Shown here: in pieces, positions 1-9,635 of the stretch | Position numbering within the stretch: the stretch's first letter is position 1 | Layout: every line of letters begins with the position of its first letter | Source: Motilibacteraceae bacterium | GTDB taxonomy: Bacteria; Actinomycetota; Actinomycetes; Motilibacterales; Motilibacteraceae | Length of the DNA: 64,000 nt | Direction of reading: 5' to 3' | Assembly (NCBI GenBank): GCA_051953655.1 | Contig: JBQCIO010000106.1 | Location: 8,052 to 72,051 of the forward strand | The notes under the pieces: generated by a model | What the model saw: only the letters and a program-made list of their open reading frames with translations | Database searches by the model: none | Told to the model about the DNA's origin: nothing | Translations under genes and position numbers: made by a program

Positions 1-786
1 CTCGACGCCCTTGATGGCCTGGATGCCCATCAGCGCGCCAGCGAGGCGCGCGTCGAGCCGGCGGTCCCAGTGCACGTGGCTGCCCAGGCCCGGCGGGAGG
101 CCGTGCACGACCACCTCGACGACGCCACCGAGGGTGTCGCCGTCCTTTCGGGCGGCCTCGACCTCCTCGATCATCGCCTTGCTGGCCTCGGGGTCGAGGC
201 AGCGGACCGGGTCGGCGTCGATGCGCTCGAGGTCGCCGGGCTGCGGGACGAGTCCGTCGGGGGCGTCGGCCTCGCCCAGGCTGACGACGTGCGAGAGCAC
301 GTGCGCGCCGACGGCCTGCTCGAGGAACGCGACGGCGACAGCGCCGAGGGCAACACGCGCGGCGGTCTCCCGGGCGCTGGCCCGCTCGAGCACCGGGCGG
401 GCGTCGTCGAAGCCGTACTTCTGCATGCCGACCAGGTCGGCGTGGCCCGGGCGGGGACGGGTGAGCGGGGCGTTGCGGCCCAGGCCCTCGAGCTCGGCGG
501 CGTCGACCGGGTCGGCCGACATCACCTTCTCCCACTTGGGCCACTCGGTGTTGCCGACGCGGATGGCAACCGGCCCACCGATGGTGCTCCCGTGGCGGAC
601 GCCGCCGAGGAACTCGACCGCATCCTGCTCGAAGCTCATCCGCGCGCCGCGGCCGTAGCCGAGGCGGCGGCGCGCCAGGGCGTGCCCGACGTCGGTGGTG
701 GAGGTCTGGACCCCGGCGGGCAGGCCCTCCAGGATCGCGACGAGAGCGGGGCCGTGGGACTCCCCTGCGGTGAGCCAGCGCAGCAT
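1..786 (-). CDS. aroC: chorismate synthase (N-terminal ~262 aa; 3' end runs off the left window edge)
   Basis: Absent from the ORF track because no stop lies inside the window. My reverse-complement translation from the ATG at 784-786 reads [26 protein letters not shown]...[12 protein letters not shown]...[37 protein letters not shown]...[13 protein letters not shown], the conserved chorismate synthase N-terminus and signatures. The plus-strand ORFs 11-658 and 70-891 are antisense shadows. Confidence 0.93.
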   Translation of the reverse strand, partial: MLRWLTAGESHGPALVAILEGLPAGVQTSTTDVGHALARRRLGYGRGARMSFEQDAVEFLGGVRHGSTIGGPVAIRVGNTEWPKWEKVMSADPVDAAELEGLGRNAPLTRPRPGHADLVGMQKYGFDDARPVLERASARETAARVALGAVAVAFLEQAVGAHVLSHVVSLGEADAPDGLVPQPGDLERIDADPVRCLDPEASKAMIEEVEAARKDGDTLGGVVEVVVHGLPPGLGSHVHWDRRLDARLAGALMGIQAIKGVE

Positions 787-880
787 GCCCGCAGTCTCCC
801 AGACGCCGACGGGCGGCTCCCCCTGCGGGGTGCGGCCCGTCTCGCTGGTCGGGACGCTGCGTCCCAGTTGCTGGTCCTGC

Positions 881-1588
881 TCAGGGGATGATGAGCCCCT
901 GGTTCAGGCACGCCTTGCCGCCGACGACGTCGCCGTACTGCACCGTGGCGCAGCTCTTGTCCAGCGCCGTCACCTTGAAGTAGGTGTCAAAGACCGACCC
1001 GACCTTGGTCAGGTACGGCGTGCCGTTGACGCCGATCCAGGCGCTCTTGCCGTCGCTGGTCACCTTGAGCAGCTGGACCAGGAACGGGGGCTTCTCCGGC
1101 TGGGCTGTGGTGCCGCCGCTCGGTGCGGGCACCGGAGCCGGGGCGGAGGTCGGGAACGGGAACGGGTTGGTCGGCGTGGTGGTGCCGCCGGTCGTCGTTC
1201 CGCCGGTGGTGGTGGAGCCTCCGGTGGTCGTCGTCCCGCCCGTGGTGCCGCCGGCGGACGGTGCCTGGGAGGGCTGGGCAAGCGGCTTGAACGGGTCGAC
1301 GCCGACGCTGGCGTCCAGCGCCTTGGGGGCCGGGGTGGCGACCGACGACGCCGAGGGCGAGGCGCTCGCGGCCGGCTTCGGCTTGGGCAGGGCCACCGGA
1401 CCGCCGGCGGGCTCCTCGCTGGAGCCGCCGGAGAGCAGGAAGAACCACGCGGCGGCGCCGACCACGGCCAGGCCGAGCACGCCGAGCAGCACGAACAGGA
1501 GGCGGTTGTCCTTCTTCGGGGCCTCGTCCTGCGGCTGCTCGGGAGCAGGCGCCTGCGCCGGCACGAAGGGGAAGGTCGTCTGGCTCAT
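881..1588 (-). CDS. pilus-locus membrane protein (single N-terminal TM, Pro/Thr/Gly-rich linker, small C-terminal beta-rich domain; possible PilP analogue)
   Basis: 235-aa ORF 11 nt downstream of pilO. It has a TM segment [23 protein letters not shown] and a low-complexity linker [27 protein letters not shown]. The C-terminus reads [32 protein letters not shown]. Function is assigned by position only. Confidence 0.55.
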   Translation of the reverse strand: MSQTTFPFVPAQAPAPEQPQDEAPKKDNRLLFVLLGVLGLAVVGAAAWFFLLSGGSSEEPAGGPVALPKPKPAASASPSASSVATPAPKALDASVGVDPFKPLAQPSQAPSAGGTTGGTTTTGGSTTTGGTTTGGTTTPTNPFPFPTSAPAPVPAPSGGTTAQPEKPPFLVQLLKVTSDGKSAWIGVNGTPYLTKVGSVFDTYFKVTALDKSCATVQYGDVVGGKACLNQGLIIP

Positions 1589-1598
1589 CGTCCTGCTC

Positions 1599-2312
1599 CT
1601 ACTTGGCCGGGGCGGGGGCCGGGCTCGCGACCGGCTTGACGGCGGTGGCGGGCGTCGCGGTCGTCGGGGCGACGAACACGCGGCCGTCCAGCTGGAGGTC
1701 GAGGTCGCGGCTGGCGCTGGTGTCGGCGCTACCGGCCGAACCGGCGTCCTTGGTCTGGCCGAGCTGGAACCCGGTGACTAGGAACGAGCGCTTGAGCCCC
1801 TCGAGCTGGTTGATGAACAGCTCGACCTGCGGATAGGTGCCGGTCACGTGCAGCTGGACGGGCACCGCGAACAGCGGCGAGGCGGCGCCAGCGGCGGACG
1901 TACCGGCCGCCGCGCCCGAGGCAGGGGCGACCGGGGCGGTGGCCGCGGCCGGGGTCAGCGCAGCTGGCTGGCCCGGCGCCAGCGAGACCAGGTCGGTCCC
2001 GGCGGCCTTGGTGGCCTTGGTGAGGTCGCGCACCAGGGTGGGAAGCGCGGGGTTGTCCGGGATCCTCAGGTGGAAGTCCGCCAGCTTGGCCTGCTGGGCC
2101 GGCAGGTCCTTGGCCTGGGCCTTGAGCTGCTCGAGCTTGGCCTGCAGCTGCTGGTTCTGCTGCTGCTGGGAGACTGTTTGGGCCCGCAGGTCCGAGGCCT
2201 CACCGCGCTTGGGCGAGACGAGCAGGAACCAGCCGGCCGCCAGCACAGCGACCACGGCCAGGCCAGCGAGCAGGGACCACTGACGCATCTTGGTCATGTC
2301 AGTTCCCCGCAT
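1599..2312 (-). CDS. pilO: type IV pilus assembly protein PilO
   Basis: 237-aa ORF with an N-terminal TM (WSLLAGLAVVAVLAAGWFLLV), then a coiled coil (QQQQNQQLQAKLEQLKAQAK) and the PilO-like core LPTLVRDLTKA...VPVQLHVTGTYPQVELFINQLEGLKRSFLV. It follows pilN. An alternative start at 2297 (MTKMRQW) would leave a 1-nt gap to the pilN stop. Confidence 0.8.
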   Translation of the reverse strand: MRGTDMTKMRQWSLLAGLAVVAVLAAGWFLLVSPKRGEASDLRAQTVSQQQQNQQLQAKLEQLKAQAKDLPAQQAKLADFHLRIPDNPALPTLVRDLTKATKAAGTDLVSLAPGQPAALTPAAATAPVAPASGAAAGTSAAGAASPLFAVPVQLHVTGTYPQVELFINQLEGLKRSFLVTGFQLGQTKDAGSAGSADTSASRDLDLQLDGRVFVAPTTATPATAVKPVASPAPAPAK

Positions 2313-2979
2313 TCTGCGTGTACCGCCCGGAGAGCGCGACGCTCGTCACCGTCACGGTGGAGTCGAATTTCACCGTCGGCCGGGACAGCGTGTCGTCCTC
2401 CTCGGACTTGCTGAAGTAGGCGTCCGCGTAGCCCTTCTGCTTGGCCAGGGCGTCCAGCCAGGCGGCGACGTCGTTGTGCGCGTAGGCGACACCGCTGAAC
2501 TTGACGCTGCCGATGCCCGGAGTAGTGAGGCTGGCCTGCGCACCGGCCGCCGGGTTGGCGGCGGCAGCAGCGTCGGTGGTGGTCACCTGCAGCTGGGTCA
2601 GCCAGACGTGCGGCGGGATGGTGAGCGACAAGTCGTTGAGGTAGTACGACCAGCGCACCTCCTGCCCCATGGCCTGCTCCAGCTGCGCCTGAGCAGCAGC
2701 GACCTGGGCGTAGACCCGTGGGACGTCGGAGTACTTGGCGGTCTCGGCGTTGATCTGGGACGTGCGTGCCTGCGCCGCCGTCAGCTGGTCCTGGGCGTCG
2801 TTCACCGCGCCGGTGGCCTGCACGTAGAGCAGGCCGACGACGGCTACGGCGCCGACCACGACGGCTCCCAGACCGGCCTTGACCTTGCGCAGCCGGGCCG
2901 CCTCGGCGATCTCCGGCGGGAGGAGGTTGACCCGCGGCAGCGCTGCGGTGCGCGCCGGGGTGAGGGTGCTGGTGCTCAT
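2299..2979 (-). CDS. pilN: type IV pilus assembly protein PilN
   Basis: 226 aa. It carries the hallmark N-terminal motif VNLLPPEI, then a TM (GLGAVVVGAVAVVGLLYV) and a coiled coil. It overlaps the pilM stop by 4 nt. Confidence 0.85.
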   Translation of the reverse strand: MSTSTLTPARTAALPRVNLLPPEIAEAARLRKVKAGLGAVVVGAVAVVGLLYVQATGAVNDAQDQLTAAQARTSQINAETAKYSDVPRVYAQVAAAQAQLEQAMGQEVRWSYYLNDLSLTIPPHVWLTQLQVTTTDAAAAANPAAGAQASLTTPGIGSVKFSGVAYAHNDVAAWLDALAKQKGYADAYFSKSEEDDTLSRPTVKFDSTVTVTSVALSGRYTQNAGN

Positions 2980-4040
2980 GAAGCCGCTCCGAGGGCGAGG
3001 CCGACGGGCACCGCGGCGAGCGGGGCCACGAACTGCAGCTGGTCGTCGGACAGGCCGGTCTTGCCGACCTGCACGCGGGCGATCGGGGTGCCGATCTCGA
3101 CCGGCACCCGGGTGGCGGCCTGCAGCCGCTCGGCCAGGCCGCCGAGCCGGGAGCCACCGCCTGTGATCACCAGCCGGGCGATGGGCGCGGAGCCCGACGA
3201 CGCGAGGTAGTAGTCGAGCGAACCCCGGACCTCGTCGACCAGCTGCGAGCCGGTCGCCTCGACGACGCGGGCCGCGGCCTGCGTCTCGGGAGCAGCACCG
3301 GCGCCACCGAGCCCGAGGGACTGCTTGATGGCCTCGGCCTGCTCGGTCGGCACGCCCATGCGGTCGGCTACGGCGTCGGTGACGTCCTTGCCGCCCATCA
3401 GCAGGATGCGGACGAAGCGGGGCACACCGCCCTGGTGGACCACGATGTTGGTGACCCGGGCGCCGACGTCGACGAGGGCCTCCACCGGAGCGCCCATGGC
3501 GAGGTCATCGGTCTCCCCCATGGCACGCAGGACCGCGAAGGAGGACAGGTCCACCATCGTCGGGGTGAGTCCGGCCTTCTGGACCGCCTCGAGGCTGTTG
3601 TTCACCATCTCCCGCGAGGCGGCGACGAGCAGGCCGCGGACGAGCCGCTGGCCGCCGTCGGCCTGCAGGTCCTCCAGCGGGTGGAAGTCCAGCACCGCGC
3701 TCTCGATCGGCATCGGAACGAAGTCCTGGGCCTGGAAGCTGAGGGACTTCTTCAGCTCGTCGATCGGCAGCCACGGCAGGTCGACCTGACGGACGACCAC
3801 CTTCGCGTTGGCGACGCCGACGACGACCTTCTTGCTCGAGAACTTGGTGTGCGACCAGAGCTGCTTGATGGCGCCGGCGACGGTGTCGGGGTCGACGACC
3901 TCGCCGTCACGCACAGCACCCTCCGGCAGGGCGACCTGACCGAAGCGGTCGAGCGTCACGCCCCCCTTGCCGAACGACAGCTCGGCGGCACGCACGCCGG
4001 AGGTCCCGATGTCGAGACCGATGGCGGATCGTCCAGCCAC
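2976..4040 (-). CDS. pilM: type IV pilus assembly ATPase-fold protein PilM
   Basis: 354 aa with an actin/FtsA-like fold signature IGLDIGTSGVRAAEL at the N-terminus and LVITGGGSRLGGLAERL near the C-terminus. It lies directly upstream of pilN and pilO. Confidence 0.9.
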   Translation of the reverse strand: MAGRSAIGLDIGTSGVRAAELSFGKGGVTLDRFGQVALPEGAVRDGEVVDPDTVAGAIKQLWSHTKFSSKKVVVGVANAKVVVRQVDLPWLPIDELKKSLSFQAQDFVPMPIESAVLDFHPLEDLQADGGQRLVRGLLVAASREMVNNSLEAVQKAGLTPTMVDLSSFAVLRAMGETDDLAMGAPVEALVDVGARVTNIVVHQGGVPRFVRILLMGGKDVTDAVADRMGVPTEQAEAIKQSLGLGGAGAAPETQAAARVVEATGSQLVDEVRGSLDYYLASSGSAPIARLVITGGGSRLGGLAERLQAATRVPVEIGTPIARVQVGKTGLSDDQLQFVAPLAAVPVGLALGAAS

Positions 4041-4221
4041 GACGCTCCCCTTCCCAGCCGGCGCACGCCGTGCTGTGACCTGTCTGTCGCTTTCCCAAGG
4101 ACCGGATCGGACAGACGGGGTGGGGGCTTGAGCGTGAACGCGCTAGGTCCTTGGACCCACGATCAGCAGGAAGGGTGTCACCACCCGTTCGGCGCAGCGC
4201 TCGGGCCGCCGAGGACGACGC

Positions 4222-5028
4222 TCAGAGTGCGAGGGTGCCGAGGTAGAGGTCGGCCAGGTGCTGCCCGACGAGGATGCCCACCGCGGTGCCGGCGAGCATG
4301 AAGGGCCCGAACGGCAGGGCGGTCTTCCGGCCGGCGCGCCCCACGGCCATGAGAGCGCCGCCGACGACTCCGCCGAAGAGGAAGCCCGCGAACGCGCCGA
4401 CGAGGAGTGCGCCCCAGCCGATCCAGCCAAGGCACAGGCCCAGGACGCCGGCGAGCTTCACGTCACCGAATCCCATACCTGCGGGGTAGATGAAGGCGAG
4501 CAGGAAGTAGAAGGCGAAGAGCGCCACCGCCCCGAGCAGTGCCCGGAGGTAGTCGTCCCACCGGCCATCGACGACAGCCGGGATGAGCAGCAGAGCGGCG
4601 ACGACGCCGTAGGAGGGCAGCACGATGACGTTCGGCAGCCGGTGGACGTCGATGTCGATGAGCGCGAGCGCCACGCCGATGGCTGCCAGGTAGAGGAACG
4701 CCGGCAGCGCCCAGTCGGCCCCGATGACGGCGGCGGTGACGCCGAAGGCCACCGCGGTGCCGGCCTCGACGAGCGGGTAGCGCACGCTGATCGGCGAGCC
4801 GCAGTCCCGGCATCGGCCGCGCAGCAGGACCCAGCTGAGCACGGGCACGTTGTCGCGCGGCCGGACCGGCCTCCCGCACGCCGGGCAGTGCGAGGGCGGG
4901 CTGGCCACCGACTCGCCCCTCGGCACGCGCCAGACGACGACGTTGAGGAACGAGCCGATGACAAGGCCCACGACGGCGGCGAAGACGACGACGAACGGGC
5001 CCAGGTTCACGATCAGCACCCTAGGCAT
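4222..5028 (-). CDS. pilD: prepilin peptidase (A24 family)
   Basis: 268 aa and polytopic. It has an N-terminal Cys box (HCPACGRPVRPRDNVPVLSWVLLRGRCRDCGSPISVRYPLVE) and the catalytic Asp motifs IDIDVHRLPN and GMGFGDVKLAG. Confidence 0.93.
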   Translation of the reverse strand: MPRVLIVNLGPFVVVFAAVVGLVIGSFLNVVVWRVPRGESVASPPSHCPACGRPVRPRDNVPVLSWVLLRGRCRDCGSPISVRYPLVEAGTAVAFGVTAAVIGADWALPAFLYLAAIGVALALIDIDVHRLPNVIVLPSYGVVAALLLIPAVVDGRWDDYLRALLGAVALFAFYFLLAFIYPAGMGFGDVKLAGVLGLCLGWIGWGALLVGAFAGFLFGGVVGGALMAVGRAGRKTALPFGPFMLAGTAVGILVGQHLADLYLGTLAL

Positions 5029-5077
5029 TCCGTCCGTCGTGGAGCGCCGCCCGCCCGCAGGACACGCGGGCGGAACG

Positions 5078-6619
5078 TCACGACGTCGTCTCGCGCTTGT
5101 AGAGAATGTCCATCGAGTAGTACTTGACCTTGTTGGTCGTGTTGCTCAGGCCCCAGACCGGCAGCGGCCGGTAGTACATGGTCAGCTGGTTGTCGACCTG
5201 GGCCACGCCGCCGGCGTAGATCTGGCCGTAGTGGTCGGTGTTGTTGGCCTTGCGGATGGTGCAGGGCGAGTACAGCAGCTCATTGATCGTGCTGGAGATG
5301 CTCACCTGGTTGTCCAGGTTGATGCCCTGGCTGGTGCACGGGTGCGTGCTCACCGCGTTGTAGGGCTGGATCAGGTACAGATTCCGCGTCGTCGTGTTGG
5401 TGCTGGTGATCGTGAGCGTGTTGGAGATCGTGACGCCACCCGATGCGAACACGGCCAAGTTATTGTTCAGGCACACAGTCTTGTTGCCGCACGCGTTGTT
5501 CTTGTTGGGGTTCTGGATGACCACCTGGCAGCTCGTCAGCAGTACGGTGGGCCCGGAGAGGCTGTTCCCGTGGTCGACCATCCATTGCCCCGGTCCGTTC
5601 GAGCTGCTGCCCGAGTATCCGCAGTCGTTGTTCGTCACCACGTTCGTGTAGCCGTTGGCGGCCCATTGAGCCGCCGTGTTGCTGTCCCAGTTGAGGATCG
5701 GGAAGGCCTGGCTCGGCGGGTCGGAGACCACTCCGTTGCCGGTGGTGCACTTGCCGGGGTGGCTGGTGCACCAGCTGCTCGGCGAGACGCTCTGGGCGAT
5801 CACCTTGCCACCGATGGTGCCAGCGTCGATCTGTGCAGTGCCGCTGGAGACCTTGACGTCGCCGCTCACGGTGCTCTGCGGATTGGTCGAGTTGAACCCG
5901 GTCTTGGCCCAGGCGTCCACGTCGATGGTGCACGAGTTGGACAGCGAGATCGAGCCCTGGGCGTAGACCGACCCACGGAAGTGCTCGTTGTTCTGGCAGG
6001 CGAAGTTGCCGTTGGTGTAGATGTCCGCGTCTGGCGAGGTCCCCTGACCGTAGAGCTCGGTCTTGTTCGCGAGGGTCACCCCGGCGTCGCCGAAGATGGC
6101 CTTGTCCAGGCCCTGTGCGAAGGACGGCGTCAGGCGGACCTCGGACTCGATCGTCCGCACCGCGGGAGCCTGCCCGGCGATCGGAGTAGTGGTCGACGTG
6201 CTCTTGATCAGGGCGGTGGCAGCGGCGACGTTGGACGACGGGTTCTGCACATCACTGCAGCTGAGCTGGACACCGTTGACGTCGAAGTAGGTGACCGTGG
6301 TGGCGATGGTCATCGTGTCGGGCTTGGACTGCGTGTTCGTGACCGCCGTGGTGTCGCAGGGCAGTGTGGTGGGGTCCTGCTGCTGGATGGACGCCATCGC
6401 CACGTCCACCGCACCCTCGGCGCTGGTGATCGCCTCGCTGCGCTGCCGGTCGCGACCGGTTTGGGCGCTCTCGCGCAGCGTGAACACGAGCAGGGTGGCG
6501 ACGAACACCGAGACCAGGCCGACGATGGCGATGGCCATGACCAGGGCGACACCGTCGTCGGTGCCGGCGCGACCGCGCACCCCGACCGTCAGCCGAGCAC
6601 GCATGCTGGTTCTCCTCAT
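5078..6619 (-). CDS. PilX-N-domain pilus-associated protein (large, Ser/Thr/Asn-rich, probably a pilus tip or minor component)
   Basis: The track ORF is 5078-6640. I place the start at the ATG at 6619, which forms an ATGA overlap with the upstream stop. The N-terminus GVALVMAIAIVGLVSVFVATLLVFTL is a PilX-like hydrophobic helix without Glu5. The remaining ~480 aa are polar with repetitive beta-rich character. GC is visibly lower than the window average. Confidence 0.65.
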   Translation of the reverse strand: MRRTSMRARLTVGVRGRAGTDDGVALVMAIAIVGLVSVFVATLLVFTLRESAQTGRDRQRSEAITSAEGAVDVAMASIQQQDPTTLPCDTTAVTNTQSKPDTMTIATTVTYFDVNGVQLSCSDVQNPSSNVAAATALIKSTSTTTPIAGQAPAVRTIESEVRLTPSFAQGLDKAIFGDAGVTLANKTELYGQGTSPDADIYTNGNFACQNNEHFRGSVYAQGSISLSNSCTIDVDAWAKTGFNSTNPQSTVSGDVKVSSGTAQIDAGTIGGKVIAQSVSPSSWCTSHPGKCTTGNGVVSDPPSQAFPILNWDSNTAAQWAANGYTNVVTNNDCGYSGSSSNGPGQWMVDHGNSLSGPTVLLTSCQVVIQNPNKNNACGNKTVCLNNNLAVFASGGVTISNTLTITSTNTTTRNLYLIQPYNAVSTHPCTSQGINLDNQVSISSTINELLYSPCTIRKANNTDHYGQIYAGGVAQVDNQLTMYYRPLPVWGLSNTTNKVKYYSMDILYKRETTS

Positions 6620-7275
6620 CCCGCGGGTTCCGGGCTGCACTGGCCCGGGTCGTAGCCGTAGTTGGTGTTGCGCCCCGAGAGGGAGGACTCGATGACCGTG
6701 GACTTGCCGCGGCGGGTGTCGAGCGCCTCGAACTTCACATCGAGCAGGCGTCTGCTGTAGGCGGTGGTGGCCCCTTGCAGGGTGAAGGGAGCACCGGCGC
6801 TGGGGTTGAGCCCGCGGGCCACGATCCCCCAGTCGGTGACCTTGCCGTCGGTCTGCCAGTCCGGCGACCAGGCCCGACTACGCAGCAGGTTGGTGCCGGC
6901 GTGGTCAGGGTCGGTCAGAACCTGCCACTGCACGCACCTCTCCTCGCCGTTGGCCTGGGTGTAGACGCGCATGCAGCTTCCGGCGTTGCTGCCGGAGGCG
7001 GTGCAGGAGGCCAGTTGCGCCGGCTCGTTGGCAGGGCTGTAGAGCACGTTGCCCGAGCGAACCTGCCGGTCGATCTGCGCCAGGGCGATCCGGACCTCGG
7101 AGGCGCTGTCCGCGGTGGCCTCGAGGTCCCGGGTGAGCGTCTGCGAGCGGATCAGCGCCGTGGTGATCATCGCCAGGGCGAGGCTGAGGACGACCATCGC
7201 CACCATCATCTCGATGAGCGTGTAGCCGCCGTCCTCCCGTCCTCTCCGGCGCACCAGGCGCGTGAATGTCGTCAT
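6616..7275 (-). CDS. minor pilin, prepilin-type N-terminal cleavage/methylation domain (PilW-like)
   Basis: Trimmed from track ORF 6616-7455 to the ATG at 7275, which is preceded by GGAG. The sequence reads MTTFTRLVRRRGREDGG|YTLIEMMVAMVVLSLALAMITTAL, with Gly-1, an aromatic residue at +1 and Glu+5. Confidence 0.8.
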   Translation of the reverse strand: MTTFTRLVRRRGREDGGYTLIEMMVAMVVLSLALAMITTALIRSQTLTRDLEATADSASEVRIALAQIDRQVRSGNVLYSPANEPAQLASCTASGSNAGSCMRVYTQANGEERCVQWQVLTDPDHAGTNLLRSRAWSPDWQTDGKVTDWGIVARGLNPSAGAPFTLQGATTAYSRRLLDVKFEALDTRRGKSTVIESSLSGRNTNYGYDPGQCSPEPAG

Positions 7276-7286
7276 CTCTCCACCCC

Positions 7287-9083
7287 TCAGGAGGCCGGCG
7301 CGGCCTGGTAGGAGGACTGGGCCAGCACCGAGCCAAGGTCGGTCACCACGACGAACTGCGTCAGCGGGACACCGTTGAGCGTCACGACGTAGCGGGTGCT
7401 GGACCGGAGGACGCTCGCCCCGGTGGAGGACACCGCGCACGCGGCGGCCTGACACGGGCTGGCCCCGGTCGAGGCAGCAGAGGCCTTGGCGCTAGCGGTG
7501 ATCGTCGACTCGACGGAAACGCTGACGTAGAGCGAGGCCAGGTTGTAGTAGAAGGCGTTGACGACCGGTGTTGAGATCGAAGTGTCCGCCGTCAACGTCG
7601 TGAGGTTGAGCGTGCTGTAGCCGCTGCCGTTCCAGTAGGACAGGGTGCCGCCCGTCCGGGAGTACGCGGACGCCGGACTGCGGGTACCGGTACCGCTCTC
7701 GGCGTAGGCAGTCTCGGTCAGGCCCGAGACCTTGAAGGAGTAGTCGTAGCCGGCCGGCACGTTGTCGCCGGGCGAGGCGGCCGGGATGCGGCCGACGGTG
7801 ACGTCGCCCAGGGAGCGGGTCACCCCCGAAGTGATGCATCCGGTGCCGCTCGGCGACGGGCAGGCGCTGCCGGCCGTGCTGAGCAGGCGCGAGACGTAGG
7901 CCCTCGACGCCGCCGGCGCGGCGCCGACGCTGGCCAGCGAGAACGTCGGCAGCGACCGGACCGCCGCCGCGCCGCTGAGGTTGAGCGTGATGCTCCCGGC
8001 CGTCCCGGACGCCTGGACACTGCCGGAGGTGCACGGCTGCCCGAGCGGGTTGATCGTCGTGCCGCTGTCGTTGACGCAGCCGGTGCTGGTCGACACGGCG
8101 TAGGCACCAGCCGAGCCGGTGTCACCGGTCGTCGGCGTCACCGCAAGGGTGCCCGCGAGACCGGTCAGGGACTGGGTGCCGCTGGACTGGCTGGCAGTGG
8201 TGCCGCTGGACGTGGTCTGGGCGGTGGATGACGGGTCGGTGTCCGCACTCGCGGTGACCGCCTGGCCTCCTGAGCTGCTGGTGGTGCCGTCGGCGTAGGT
8301 GACGGCGGCCTGCGTCGTCTGCGCGCCGCCGTTGAGCTTCGTCGTCTGCTCGACGCCCACGCCGGCGGTGAGCGAGGGCAGGCTCAGCAGAGCCTTGAGC
8401 CCGTTCAGACCGCTGATCGGCTGGGTGGAGTCGACGTCGTTGGTGACGCTGATGCCCGCGGTCGACAGACCCGCCTGGCCGTTGAAGAAGGCCTGGCACG
8501 GCCCGGAGTACGGGTGCGTGGCGCTGGAGAGGCAGCCGCTCGGCGAGTAGGAGGTCGAGCGCTGCACGACCGTCTTGGTGGTGCCCTTGGTGACGTTGGA
8601 GCTCCACGACACCAGCACGGTGAGGTTGTACGCCGGATTCGCCGTACCGGCGTGGGTGACGTAGGTGCCGACCGTGTAGTTCACGCCATCCACCGACTCG
8701 GTGGTGCGGTGGGGGAACAGCGGGCTCTGATCGGCCCCGGTGGCGTAGGTGACCAGCGTCTCGCCGCTGATCCCGCCGACGGTTGGGCTGAACGTCGAGC
8801 CGCTGATGTTCGGGTCGCCGCTGGTGTCGGTGCTCTTCAGGCCGCCGGTCACGGTCGCGTAGGGCAGTGCGCGCAGCTCTTCCATGACGTGCGTGGCGAG
8901 CGCAGTCGCGGTCTGCCGCTGCTTGGAGAGCGTAACAGTGGAGAGGGTGCTCACGAAGGCGACAAGAAGGACCGCCATTACCACGAATGTGATAGCCATC
9001 GCGAGGACCGTCTCAACGAGGGTAAAACCCGCGTCTTTCCGAGCAGCGGATGGCCATTGCCTCCCTTGGGAAGTCACGCGCAA
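7287..9083 (-). CDS. large minor pilin / putative pilus adhesin with prepilin-type N-terminus
   Basis: 598 aa. It reads ...ARKDAG|FTLVETVLAMAITFVVMAVLLVAF (G-1, F+1, E+5), followed by a ~550-aa Ser/Thr/Gly-rich region (e.g. SSTAQTTSSGTTASQSSGTQS). The start is TTG 9083 or GTG 9077; the latter gives a GTGA overlap with the upstream stop. Confidence 0.75.
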   Translation of the reverse strand: MRVTSQGRQWPSAARKDAGFTLVETVLAMAITFVVMAVLLVAFVSTLSTVTLSKQRQTATALATHVMEELRALPYATVTGGLKSTDTSGDPNISGSTFSPTVGGISGETLVTYATGADQSPLFPHRTTESVDGVNYTVGTYVTHAGTANPAYNLTVLVSWSSNVTKGTTKTVVQRSTSYSPSGCLSSATHPYSGPCQAFFNGQAGLSTAGISVTNDVDSTQPISGLNGLKALLSLPSLTAGVGVEQTTKLNGGAQTTQAAVTYADGTTSSSGGQAVTASADTDPSSTAQTTSSGTTASQSSGTQSLTGLAGTLAVTPTTGDTGSAGAYAVSTSTGCVNDSGTTINPLGQPCTSGSVQASGTAGSITLNLSGAAAVRSLPTFSLASVGAAPAASRAYVSRLLSTAGSACPSPSGTGCITSGVTRSLGDVTVGRIPAASPGDNVPAGYDYSFKVSGLTETAYAESGTGTRSPASAYSRTGGTLSYWNGSGYSTLNLTTLTADTSISTPVVNAFYYNLASLYVSVSVESTITASAKASAASTGASPCQAAACAVSSTGASVLRSSTRYVVTLNGVPLTQFVVVTDLGSVLAQSSYQAAPAS

Positions 9084-9499
9084 CTCCCTAAACCAAGCCC
9101 ATTTTGAGCTTCGTACTTGAAGGTCTTATCGCGCCCCTTGGGGTCAGTAAGGCTCACACACCATGTGTCCGGTGACCCCAGGTTTGACCCTGCTCCACTG
9201 GTGGGAGCGACAGTGCCGTTAGTCAGGTTCACCATGGCGACCCATCCGCTACCGTCGCTGAGAAGTGCTTTGCCCGGACTTGTGTCGAAGTCGAGAAGGA
9301 CTGTCCCGCCGCCGTCGACGAAGTAAGTGGCGACCTCCTTTGCGAGCGTATTCACGTCAGCCTTCGTCGAGGCGTCACGCGCCTTGGCACGCTGATTGAG
9401 GAAGACCGGGATTGCAATAGCAGAGAGCACTCCCACGATGGTCAACACAACGAGAAGCTCGATGAGAGAGAATCCCGCGGAACACGCACCCTTTCGCAT
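9074..9499 (-). CDS. type IV pilin, second tandem paralogue
   Basis: 141 aa. It reads MRKGACSAG|FSLIELLVVLTIVGVLSAIAIPVFLNQRAKARD, then KADVNTLAKEVATYFVD, and has a C-terminal Cys pair (WCVSL...GLGSCA). A 120-nt sample I counted (9121-9240) is about 60% G+C. Confidence 0.88.
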   Translation of the reverse strand: MRKGACSAGFSLIELLVVLTIVGVLSAIAIPVFLNQRAKARDASTKADVNTLAKEVATYFVDGGGTVLLDFDTSPGKALLSDGSGWVAMVNLTNGTVAPTSGAGSNLGSPDTWCVSLTDPKGRDKTFKYEAQNGLGLGSCA

Positions 9500-9570
9500 C
9501 GCTCCTCACTCCGCCCTTCGGCTTTCGTTGCTTGTCCCGACTTCCTGCCGCCTTGACGACCTTGCAGAGT

Positions 9571-9609
9571 GCAGGGAGGGCTGCGCAACGTTCACGTAGC
9601 CCTCCCTGC
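9571..9609 (-). terminator. perfect 12-bp stem hairpin between the two pilin genes (attenuator / partial terminator candidate)
   Basis: GCAGGGAGGGCT (9571-9582), a 15-nt loop, then AGCCCTCCCTGC (9598-9609). It lies 27 nt downstream of the major pilin stop at 9636. There is no U-tract, which is common for high-GC actinobacterial terminators. Confidence 0.5.
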
Positions 9610-9635
9610 CGCCGTGTCAGCGCTATCGCTACCGA

